Origin: Eledone cirrhosa
Taxonomy: Eukaryota
Assembly (NCBI GenBank): GCA_964016885.1
Contig: OZ024742.1
Location: 75,454,001 to 75,518,000, forward strand
Direction: 5' to 3'
DNA length: 64,000 bases
The notes under the pieces were generated by a model. That model saw nothing but the letters and a program-made list of their open reading frames with translations, was not told the origin of the DNA and ran no database searches. Shown piece by piece: positions 53,112 through 64,000 of this stretch (position 1 is the stretch's first letter; the number at the start of each line of letters is the position of its first letter). The position numbers were made by a program, and so were the translations under genes.

Positions 53112-55572
53112 TAAAAATAAAAATAATACATATATTATTTACAGTATAAAATGATAAAGAAGGTGTAAAAGTAAACATATAAAATATAATATACTATATA
53201 AATATATAATTAATAATCTCCGGTCAATTTGCACAAACAGTATAAATATTACAATAACACTATAATAACAATATTATAATATATTGGCATATAACTTAAC
53301 AAATCATATAAAATTACACACAGGGGGTGAGAAAAAAATATCATAGAGAACTAAATTGTGTTGAAAAGATTGTGCTGGAAAAATATCTATACCGTTGTAA
53401 GAAAGCAGGCGGAGGTCAAGTTTTTATACAATTGGTATAAATAAGTATTATCTAAACATTACAAAAATTATAAAAATATAAACATATTACAGAATTTACA
53501 AAATTTAACAATATCAAATAATGAACATAGTATAATATACATAATTACATGGTTGGTAGACAGACATATGTGAATAAGTGAATAAGAACCAGACAGAACC
53601 TACGCACAGTAGTAAAAAAATTAAATATAAATAAAATCAAATCAACCGGAAATCGAAAAACAAAAACAAAAATATTTACTTAGGTGTCACAAGCAGTTAA
53701 GTAAAAAAAAAAATTCTGTAATCTCTGTATCCTTGAGACCCACTCTATAATTTTCTCTAGGGAACTCTTACTTAATAGAAAGTCTGAGATATTCTCTTCT
53801 TGCCCCCACACCATTTCTAATTCTTACTTTTATTATAAACCTAAAAGTTCTGGTAGTGTATATTGTATCCATTAGCTGATATATTCCATTACTTATTTTT
53901 TAGTTTAGTTTAGGTTCATTTTGTTTACCACCATTATTATCATCATTATTATCATTGGTTTTTGACAACTTTTTATTCTAGCTCTCATAATCTTTTGGCT
54001 ACTATACCATATCTATCTTCTTACACATTAAATTTTCACTATTAACACCTTATGAGTATATATCTGATTATATATTTTATATTATTTTATTTCATTCTAT
54101 TTTATTTTATTTGGATTCTTCTTTGGATAACTACCCCCCCCCCCATGCACACATAAACTGATTGCTAACCCCTTCAAATATATTATGATTATATTTAATA
54201 ACCTTTTTTATGCTCCATTCTATTATATAATACAGTATATTGATTATGATTTTATGCTCCTTTGTATCCTCCATACATTTCTTTTTTTCTGTCCGCATTA
54301 GCCTACCATAATTCTGCTTAATTCAGTTTATTAGATAACGTTATGTAAATGATAGTAGAATATTTCATTCCTTTCTATATATATTTATTGTTGATATCTT
54401 AATGTTTAGGGATTTTGATTACTTAAACCATAGCTAATATTGTATTGCCTTATTAAGTATTTTAAATATTTTCAATATTAATTTATCAAATAGGGTTTTC
54501 TAGTCATTTATCCGGGTTGTTTCCTAAGTTTTTACTTAACTGCATGTGAGACCTAAGTAAATACTTTTGTTTTTGTTTTTTGATTTCCGGTCGATTTTAT
54601 TTATTTATTTATTTATTAATACTACTGTGCATAATATTTTCTGTCTGGCCCTTATTCACTCATTCACATATGTGTCTGTTTACCAACCTTGTAATTATAA
54701 GTAATTATATATTATATTATGTTCATTATTTTATATTGAAGTTGTTATTCAACTCTTTGTAAATGTAATATTGATCTTTGTTACTTACCGATGATTTTAT
54801 ATACCATTATAATATGTTATATTTTATATATTCCGTAAGATGTTTATATTTTTGTACCATCATAATTTTGATTTTGGTATTGTACAAAATATATATTTTT
54901 TTCTCACCTGCTCTGTAACTCTATGTGAATTGATTTGTTAACTTGCATGCCATTATATATTATTATATTATTATTATAGTGTTATTGTGACATCTATATT
55001 GTTTGTGTAAATTAACCGGAGATTATCTATTATATTATATTATATATTATATAATTATATAGTTTATTATATATTATATGTTTTACTTTTAATCATTTCA
55101 TTACTTCATGTTATACTGTATATTATATATACGTATTATTTTGTATTTTTATTTTTATTCCTATTATGCTTATTTATATTTAAACTCTTAATAAGGTTTA
55201 ATTTGTGCTGTTAATGATGGAAATGTGTATTGATGTATATGTATATGTGCGTACGTGTGTGTATATATATACATATGTATATTGTGCCTTTTAATTTTAA
55301 TTTTAATTTTAATATTGTTACAAGTATATTATATTATATTATATTGTATTACATATAGTACTATAATTCCCGCTCTATATAACCACCTTTGTTTAGCTCT
55401 AGTTTTTTGCTTTGGACTATATTTGTAATATGGTTCAAAATGTTATCCACCTCCTTAGTGATTTTTATTATATATTTTTACCCATAATCTTCCAATACTT
55501 TAGTGTATGTACACTCCATATTCTTCGGAGTTTTCGGCTTCTATTGGCCGATAGTGCTTCTTGTAGTTTTAA

Positions 55573-55613
55573 TTGCCCTGATGAGTCCTTAATAGGACGA
55601 ACCATTGTTGGCT
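55573..55613 (+). ncRNA. Hammerhead copy in the right arm of IR1 (GAAAC changed to GAACC)
   Basis: GCC-CTGATGA-GTCCT-TAAT-AGGAC-GAACC-ATT-GTT-GGC. Confidence 0.7.
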
Positions 55614-56447
55614 AATAAAGACTTTTGATGTATTGAAGGCTTCTTTGTTTTATTTTCATAAATATGCATGGCCTCAGCCGGATGGCTGAAACAGGTAAAA
55701 GAGTAAAAGAGTAATATATATATATAAATAAAATTAATGCAAGAGATATATAAAAATAAAATAAGGAAATATAGTAAGGGTATGTGTATAAATATGTGTA
55801 TATGCACCTACAAATGTACATGTGTGGTGTATGTACAAATGCATGTGTATAGTGAAAAAACTTTTGCGTAAGTACATGCATGAGGGCAAGCATATCAGTG
55901 TATGTGTGACCACAAATACGTATGTATTATACGGTGAAAAAAGAAATTGGAAGATAATAGAGTTAGCGTTCATACAGACTCAGAGACTAAGGATTGAAAT
56001 ATATACACATACAAGTATGAAAGCACGCGTATAAACACACACACGCGCAACCATATACATGCATGTGATATATACAGGGAAGGGAGAGTATCAGTCAAAG
56101 CAGTGTCAGGCTGAAGTCGATACATATATACAAAATATAAAATATGAAAATGAAAAAATGAAAATTTATGAGAATAAAAAAATTAAAGCAAAGAGAAAGT
56201 AAGAAGGAGGGGTTATCTATTATAAAGTAACACTAGAAAAAATAGAAAACATACAGAGGTTCGTACACATACACATATATATATATAACTATATATATAA
56301 ATACGTACAGACAAAAGTATATACATGCGTACATACATACAAAAGCCCGCAAACATACACACGATGCACATATATATACATACATGTACATCTAATCACA
56401 CGCACGCACGCGACCCTATATATATATATATACATATATATATACAT

Positions 56448-56529
<82 letters not shown>

Positions 56530-56531
<2 letters not shown>

Positions 56532-56696
56532 CGAAGGAAATGTAGTAAGGAACCAAGTGGGCCATAACGCACCAAAGTACTCAATACTTAGGGTAGTAGT
56601 GTGGGTAATAGGAACGAGTAGGGCCCCGACGGCTGAGCTCAAAATGTTTCGACGGAACGGCTTGAGCTCAGCCGTCGGGGTCCTACTCGTTCCTAT
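56530..56696 (-). mobile_element. Second copy of the palindromic element, inserted in a (TA)n of the IR2 left arm
   Basis: Hairpin arms 56608-56642 and 56662-56696; absent from the right arm. Confidence 0.85.
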
Positions 56697-56700
56697 ATAT

Positions 56701-56745
<45 letters not shown>

Positions 56746-57239
56746 CATATACACCCACACACATATATATAAGTATGTAAAAAACATAGATATAAAAACA
56801 CACATACACACACACATATACACATACACGCGCACATACTAAAGCATTCGTATACATATACAAACACGTATACACACCAATGAATACTTACACGCATACA
56901 TAAATATAAAAAAACCAGCCGTATGAATAAATGAGTACAAATTATACGCAAGTAAACATACATAAAAGCGGCTGAGGGACGACAGAATATATCTGGAGTC
57001 GATAACACAAGTGACATGTGATATCAGGTAGTGAAAGAAAAGGGGGAAGTAAAATATGTAAAATTGTGAAGATATAAAGTAAGTGAATCAAACAGAAGGG
57101 GGGTGGCGTTCACTGGTGGATGTGAAGTAAAACTAAAGTTAAAAATAAAGATAAAAGTAAATCGGAAAGAGAAGTCTGTAAAGAAGGTAAGTTAAGGAAA
57201 GTGAAGAACAAGGGTTTATGGAAGATAAGTATCTGAATG

Positions 57240-58010
57240 TGAATTAAGTTTATATGAGCTGGAAAGCAAGTGTGATTTCATGTGTGGGCAACTGGTGAAC
57301 ATTTCTGTTTTTGCATTTAGGCCTGTTTTTGGTAAAATAGGTTTCTATAAAATCCAATATTTTTCACTTATGCAGAGTTCGCATCTTCTTGTTCCTCTTG
57401 CATATTCTTTAGATTGGTTTAAAATTGACCAATCTAATTTATATTGGATACCTTGGTCTTTCAAATCCCATATTCAGCTAGCCAGAGCTGTTGTAAATCT
57501 TTTTTCAGGATGTCGGAAACATGCGACATGTGAGTAATAACGCGTTTTGAATTTGTCTTGTGTCATACCCACATATCGTTCGCTGGTGGCTGTTAGGTTG
57601 TTGCTGGTGGTTGTCACTTTAGCCGCATATACAATGGCTTTGGTGTTGCATTTACCTTGTAATGGGCATTCACTTTTTACTCAACAGGAGCAATTTTGAT
57701 GTTCTCTGTGTATTTTATTATTGAGGATATATGATTTAATAGGGGGACCGCAGGAGTAGCTGATTTTGACACAGTTTCTATTGAAGATCTTATAGTATCT
57801 ATGTGTTCTAGGGAAATGTTTATCTAAGAGCTCTAGGAATTGTTTGCCTACATTAGTTTTAACGGCTAAAGAGTAGGGGTGTGTGAACCAGATTATTTTT
57901 CTTTTCCTATTATTATGTTTAAAGAAGTTAGTATTGTTGGGTATATAGTTAATCGTTATTTTGAAGGGCTTTATTATAGTAGGGGGATGCCTTATTGAAA
58001 ATAGCATGTC
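57240..58010 (-). pseudogene. PLE linker plus GIY-YIG fragment (second clade, tentatively Nematis-like)
   Basis: RKRKIIWF..PYS..VKTNVGK.FL.L.DKHFP...KIFNRN.VKISYSC, CSC*..CPLQGKC...IVY.A....YVGMT...FK.RY..H, IWDLK, CELCISEK. Confidence 0.85.
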
Positions 58011-58228
58011 CCTAAGCCGCTTTTATGTATGTTTACTTGAGTATAATTTGTACTCATTTATTCATACGGCTGGTTTTTATATTGTATGTATGCGTGTAAG
58101 TGTATATATGTGTGTATACGTGATTGTATATGTATACGAATGCATTCGTATGTGCGCGTGTATGTGTATATGTGTGTGCGTATGTGTGTTTTTATATCTA
58201 TGTTTTTACATATATATATGTGTGTGTG

Positions 58229-58325
<97 letters not shown>

Positions 58326-59100
58326 GCGTGCGTGCGTGCGATTAGATGTACATGCATGTATATATATGTGCTTCGTGTGTATGTTTTTGCGCTTTTGTAT
58401 GTATGTACGCATGTATATACTTTTGTCTGTACATATTTATATATATATATAGATATATATATATATATATGTGCGTCTACGAACCACTGTATGTTTTCTA
58501 TTTCTTCTAATGTTACTTTATAATTGATAACCCCTCCCTCTTAGATTTTCTCTTGGATTTAATTTTTTTATTCTCATATATCTTTTAATTTTTTCATTTT
58601 TTCATATTTTCATTTTCATATTTTATATTTTTATATAATTATCGACTTTCAGCCTGAGACTGCTTTGACTGATACACTCCCTTTCTTGTATATATCACAT
58701 GCATGTATGTGGTTGCGCGTGTGTGTGTGTTTATATGCGTGCTTTCATACTTGTATGTGTATATATTTCAATCCTTAGTCCCTGAGTCTGTATGTACGCT
58801 AACTCTATTGTCTTACAATTTCTTTTTTCAACATATATTATTAACATATTTGTGGTCACACATGCACCGATATGCTTTCCCTCATGCATGTACGTACACA
58901 CACATTTTTTCACTATACACATGCATTTGTACATACACACACATTTGTAGTTGCGTATACACACATTTATAAACATACCCTTACTATATTTCCTTATTTT
59001 ATTTTTATATATCTCTTGCATTAATTTTATTCATATATTTTTTTGTTTTTGTTTTTGCCCGTTAAACTTTCGACTTTCTTGAGGAGATTTTTCAAATATT

Positions 59101-59168
59101 TCAGTTTCTGACGAACAAATAAGGACGTTTCTTGTATTCGTCTTATTCGGGAAACCTCTGGTAATGAG
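59101..59168 (+). ncRNA. Decayed hammerhead with a long stem II
   Basis: CTGACGA...AATAA-G-GACG-loop-CGTC-TTATT...GAAACC-TCT-GGTA; stem I poor. Confidence 0.5.
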
Positions 59169-59419
59169 GTAATTATATTGTATTTTTTATTATACATTAA
59201 ATTTAGCTCTGTAACTTACATAGAGCATTCTTAACTCCTATGACTTTTTCAATTTTCAACGGAAACTTCAATACTTATATATATATATATATAGTATTAA
59301 TTATACTATTTATGGTTATGTAAATACAAAAACCTTTTGCAGTTATATATATTTTTATACAAACCCTAAATAGTGGTAGGCAGTAATATATTACTACCTT
59401 ATTACCAGTAAGTTAAGTA

Positions 59420-59670
59420 GCTCAATGTAAAAACATCAGATGATTTACAGAGCAGTTATATGAATTATAAGAATCAAAGAACTGTTCAAAACATTTTTAT
59501 GCTTACAACTGTCTCCTCCAAACCGAGGTTTGGATTCTTCGGAGCAATTTATTAATGAATGAACACTTATATGACCTCCCTTTCACCCAAGAGACATATA
59601 GATACATATGAAAATATTGTGGGTCAACATTCATTACAGCATTTAGAGTGGAAGTACACACTTAGAGATT
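59420..59670 (-). mobile_element. pLTR-like repeat with a variant HHR (59500-59546), same family as 46.6-47.0 kb
   Basis: Shares tgttcaaaacatttt, catcagat..tttacagagcag and tagagtggaa..agagattaca. Confidence 0.6.
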
Positions 59671-60519
59671 ACATTCAAATTAAAAGATACAATCAAAAAT
59701 ACAGGTTAAAATACAACATGAAAATAAGCGGTTATATAGTGCAAAGGTTATATGTGTGGCAAGCACGTGCGTCTTGTTTATATAGTGTGGCAGAGAGTTA
59801 CGAGCAGTAGAAGCACTTAAGTAGGTAAACAAGAGTGTTATGTTGGTTGATCTGGTGACAAATTCTTTATATGATTGTTATAGTCTGTGTGTGGAGAAAT
59901 AATATAAGCATTAAAAATAGTGCAAGCATTAAAAATATTAAAAATATTGGAAATGCGCAGCGAAGGGATGATATGGACTTCATGTACTTCGACATTTTCA
60001 TAGTCTGGGGAGTGTATTTTTCAGATTATATGCCCCTCACATAATCCACGACGATTCTATATTGAGCGTTTGACAATCCAGTTAGAGAATCGTAGTCTGA
60101 TGTTCTTTAGTTCAATACAGGAGGATGTTACGTTTCGAGAATCGACATCGAAATACTACCCGGAAGTGTGTGTGTGTCGCTAAGGGGAGTTAATGCATGA
60201 GGGGAGGTAACTCCGAGGTTTCTATTACTAACTACTATAATGTGTCTCAAAATAGACCCTAACTTCTATGGTTATGCGCAATTTCTAAAAAAATTCTAAA
60301 ATTTAAAGTGTTTCAACTATAGAGTAGTCTATTAAGTTGTGCTGAAGGTGTTCGTATTATTATGGTGATTAACCCCCATCGTAGAGTGCCACAAATGAAT
60401 ATTATAGGCGACGAGCAAGGATTCTAAATTAATGATCTCTGTGGTTGCAGTCTACTCAAAGGACCAGGCGCGGTGATTGCAGAATCACTTCAACACACAT
60501 TGATCTCTGGTAAGTTCTG

Positions 60520-60760
60520 GGTCATCGCTTGCTACATTGGATGTCGAAAGATAATCATCACCAGGGCCGACCAGAGGTCAATCCGCAGTCCTCATGACTC
60601 CAATCTGACCATCAAATCATCCATATTTGTAAAACCCATACACCACTTGCAATACATTCATTCCCTGCACTCAGCGTACAGGTCATACTGCTCATCAGCG
60701 TTACTAGATTAATTCGTTTTTCATCTGTCCCACGATGGCACTTCCTCCGCACAACACTAA
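60520..60760 (+). mobile_element. Possible very old PLE RT-thumb fragment
   Basis: SSIFVKPIHHLQYIH resembles T..Y.KPT...QYLH. Confidence 0.3.
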
Positions 60761-61114
60761 CAAGACAATCAATTCATGCTTAAATTACCTATAGAGCGGT
60801 GTAGTGCAGTTCAAGTGGTTGGGTGTTGTCACACCTAAAGTAGAGGTACAAATGGGTATTCGCCCTGCGAAGGGTTCTAGAGGGATGTCGCTGTTTGTGT
60901 TATATTAGATCAGTGAGTGTTGGGTATGTGGTATAAGGTGTGACCCTCGTGTTTGATGCTAGAGGTGGTGTTTGGTTCAAGTCCGACATTGCTATATATT
61001 GGGCTTAAAGTTTTGGAAGGAATGTCTGAAGCGGTGCTGGCAAGTTGCAAACACTTCAGATTTTTTGTTAAGTAGGTTACGGTTAGAGAAGATAATATTG
61101 TGGGTCTCTTATAA

Positions 61115-61148
<34 letters not shown>

Positions 61149-61213
61149 GCGTATGTATGTATATATATATATATATATATATATAATGAGTATACATATG
61201 TATATATAATATG

Positions 61214-61246
<33 letters not shown>

Positions 61247-61369
61247 GAATATAGACATAGAATATTCGAAAATATTCTATATGTTTATAATAAACATTTT
61301 GAAGACCTAATCGCTATAGAATAGAATACGTCACGTATTACAATTAGATTCTCGATAAAAGCAAGGGAA

Positions 61370-61412
61370 GTAATCTACGCGTTTCATTCTTATTAGAAAT
61401 CTTCAGGACTAC
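61370..61412 (-). ncRNA. Type I hammerhead, array copy 1
   Basis: Reverse complement of GTAGTC-CTGAAGA-T-TTCT-AATA-AGAA-T-GAAAC-GC-GTA-GATTAC. Confidence 0.78.
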
Positions 61413-61679
61413 ATATCCAGTGCTTTTATCGAGAATGACACAGCTAGAGACTTATAGAATACTTAGCTGTGTACAGGAACTGGTTTGAAAGAGCGGTTGC
61501 CGGTCCGGCAGAAATTAGAAATTGGAATAAATGCTCTGAAATAGCGATATATATGTGAATATAGACATAGAATATTCGAAAATATTCTGTATGTTTATAA
61601 TAAACATTTTGAAGACCTAATCGCTATAGAATAGAATACGTCACGTATTACAATTAGATTCTCGATAAAAGCAAGGGAA

Positions 61680-61722
61680 GTAATCTACGCGTTTCATTCT
61701 TATTAGAAATCTTCAGGACTAC
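61680..61722 (-). ncRNA. Type I hammerhead, array copy 2
   Basis: Identical motif. Confidence 0.78.
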
Positions 61723-61808
61723 ATATCCAGTGCTTTTATCGAGAATGACACAGCTAGAGACTTATAGAATACTTAGCTGTGTACAGGAACTGGTTTGAAA
61801 GAGCGGTT

Positions 61809-61851
61809 GTAGTCCTGAAGATTTCTAATAAGAATGAAACGCGTAGATTAC
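61809..61851 (+). ncRNA. Type I hammerhead, array copy 3 (begins at the inversion junction)
   Basis: GTAGTC-CTGAAGA-TTTCTAATAAGAAT-GAAACGCGTA-GATTAC. Confidence 0.78.
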
Positions 61852-62118
61852 TTCCCTTGCTTTTATCGAGAATCTAATTGTAATACGTGACGTATTCTAT
61901 TCTATAGCGATTAGGTCTTCAAAATGTTTATTATAAACATACAGAATATTTTCGAATATTCTATGTCTATATTCACATATATATCGCTATTTCAGAGCAT
62001 TTATTCCAATTTCTAATTTCTGCCGGACCGGCAACCGCTCTTTCAAACCAGTTCCTGTACACAGCTAAGTATTCTATAAGTCTCTAGCTGTGTCATTCTC
62101 GATAAAAGCACTGGATAT

Positions 62119-62161
62119 GTAGTCCTGAAGATTTCTAATAAGAATGAAACGCGTAGATTAC
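62119..62161 (+). ncRNA. Type I hammerhead, array copy 4
   Basis: Identical motif. Confidence 0.78.
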
Positions 62162-62428
62162 TTCCCTTGCTTTTATCGAGAATCTAATCGTAATACGTGA
62201 CGTATTCTATTCTATAGCGATTAGGTCTTCAAAATGTTTATTATAAACATACAGAATATTTTCGAATATTCTATGTCTATATTCACATATATATCGCTAT
62301 TTCAGAGCATTTATTCCAATTTCTAATTTCTGCCGGACCGGCAACCGCTCTTTCAAACCAGTTCCTGTACACAGCTAAGTATTCTATAAGTCTCTAGCTG
62401 TGTCATTCTCGATAAAAGCACTGGATAT

Positions 62429-62471
62429 GTAGTCCTGAAGATTTCTAATAAGAATGAAACGCGTAGATTAC
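62429..62471 (+). ncRNA. Type I hammerhead, array copy 5
   Basis: Identical motif. Confidence 0.78.
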
Positions 62472-62626
62472 TTCCCTTGCTTTTATCAAGAATCTAATTG
62501 TAATACGTGACGTATTCTATTCTATAGCGATTAGGTCTTCAAAATGTTTATTATAAACATACAGAATATTTTCGAATATTCTATGTCTATATTCACATAT
62601 ATATCGCTATTTCAGAGCATTTATTC

Positions 62627-62709
<83 letters not shown>

Positions 62710-62715
62710 GTATAT

Positions 62716-63045
62716 ATGGTATCAAATGATGTTGGCTTGTTTTTCTTTTTGGTAAATATCATCTTCGTTAAGAGAGTGGGACTGGCTTTGTGCAGTGCCT
62801 TTGTCACTATAAAAGCTTCACGGCACAGACATTGCTTTATATCTGGAGATCTCTCTGCACTTGTAGTCACATGGTACTATGGGTCCAGCACTATGTATCA
62901 ATAACTGTCACAAGTGAAGATTTGTACCAGAGTTTTCAAGTCGCTGGTTGGACTAAAAAGTCTCACTAGTTCAGCGCATCGGTAGGAGTTCTCCTACATA
63001 GATATAAAGTAGTGGCCGTACTCGAAAACGAGTTGGCAGCACCAC
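62716..63045 (+). mobile_element. 5'-truncated copy 3 of the non-autonomous RTE-derived element
   Basis: Matches ~13851-14180 including the tail; flanked by (AT)n. Confidence 0.82.
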
Positions 63046-63075
63046 ATATATATATATATATATATACACACACAT

Positions 63076-63159
<84 letters not shown>

Positions 63160-64000
63160 TTCAAGAGTAACCAATCTTAAAGAGAGAGATGGAGATAGTA
63201 GAGGTGATATGGGAGGATAGATTGGTGCGTTAGTTAGAAGCCAAAGCGTAAAGGCATGTGCTCAATGTGCAATATGCACTAGAAAGCAGCTAGGTGGCTG
63301 GGTTCATGCAGAAGTTAGGTGCGCAGAGCTGGAAATATTCATTAGTTAAGAAAAACAAGACCACAAACCTCACAAGGAAGACATTATTAAAAGATTGTCA
63401 ACATATTTTAGTTTGATGTAAGGAATGTAGAGAATAATCATAATAATAATATTAATAATAATAATGTCCGTTTACAATTGTTTCGCTACTCCATATGATA
63501 TTTCTGGATCAGATGACTATATATCATAATTGATCTGGTTCAGTTGAAAATAATTAACATATTTAAAAAACAGAGTGGCTCATCGGAACTTCAAAGGAAT
63601 ATAAATTAAAATAATGGGATAATGTTACATAATATAATGTTCCATATATTGGTTTTTACTATGGTGTCTTGGTTGCATCAGTTGTCAGCCATAATCAAGC
63701 AGTATTCATCTGTCAAGGCTGCATTGTGTGAGATCTGCCTATGGGTAACAAGATGGCTGCCAAAGGGCATATTTACCTTACTAATTAGAGCGTGGTTACA
63801 GGGGAAGTAACTTCTCGAGAGATTAGAGGTTGTGAGTGTTTATAGTTAAGTGCTAGTTTTTAATTTTTTTAATTGAGAGATAATGTAGGGGAGGTAACTT
63901 ATAATTACAGAGTTGTTCATAGCAATTTAACTTATTAGCTACAAGTAAAAATGGGGCTACATGACTAAGTTGGGTCAACGATTCTATTGGCGAAGGAGTT

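Larger units (their letters stand above)
52520..55655. repeat. Diverged inverted repeat IR1 (arms ~52520-53708 and ~54527-55655) with outward-facing HHRs; probably PLE-derived
   Basis: Reverse-complement matches at both ends (aagaagccttcaatacatcaaaagtctttattagcc; tttacttagg..tcac..gcagttaagtaaaaa) and along the arms. Confidence 0.85.
55720..59165. mobile_element. 5'-truncated PLE with inverted pLTR: IR2 arms ~55720-56972 and ~58014-59037 around an endonuclease fragment
   Basis: Arms are clear reverse complements; the right arm runs into an HHR-like motif at 59108-59163. Confidence 0.82.
61244..62630. mobile_element. Candidate non-LTR retrozyme: 310-bp tandem units (~1.8 in minus sense, then ~2.6 in plus sense), each with a type I hammerhead
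   Basis: Period 310 (61261/61571; 61809/62119/62429), near-identical units, inserted in (AT)n, no ORF. Confidence 0.85.

Noticed and set aside
55667-55715. GGCTGAAACAGGTA as an HHR half
   Set aside because: It matches a SINE-type 3' tail (a similar one is at ~37300-37345) and has no CUGANGA.
60125-60160. Minus-strand ...GATTCTCGAAACGTA as another hammerhead
   Set aside because: The CUGANGA strand and stems are too degenerate.
61490-61515. GCCGGTCC resembling a twister ribozyme motif
   Set aside because: It forms only a simple hairpin; the other twister elements are absent.
61244-62630. CRISPR-like or plain satellite interpretation of the array
   Set aside because: There are no unique spacers, the context is eukaryotic, and each unit carries a full HHR architecture.

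Overview
AT-rich, microsatellite-dense eukaryotic DNA with no intact host gene. The SINE family suggests an octopod cephalopod (inference). The window is a layered retroelement graveyard. It holds an RTE LINE with three C-terminal C2H2 fingers, plus three copies of a ~0.6-kb non-autonomous element sharing its 3' tail. It also holds two R4-type RLE elements in (ATAC)n, three near-full-length Tx1/L1-clade elements (two head-to-tail in (TTA)n), a CRE fragment split by a solo LTR, and several SINEs. A heavily decayed Mab-21/cGAS-like NTase remnant probably lies at ~15.3-17.6 kb on the minus strand. The last third (46.6-62.6 kb) is a Penelope-like element (PLE) and hammerhead ribozyme (HHR) hotspot: a Neptune-type PLE with pLTRs, two kb-scale inverted repeats ending in HHRs, a perfect 116-bp palindrome containing half an HHR, and a near-identical 310-bp tandem/inverted array with a type I HHR in every unit. 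That array, a candidate non-LTR retrozyme and circRNA source, is the best lead. A second lead is a splice-donor motif on the ORF1 stop of all three Tx1 elements, paired in two of them with an acceptor-like ORF2 stop. All calls were read by eye, so boundaries are approximate and no searches were run.
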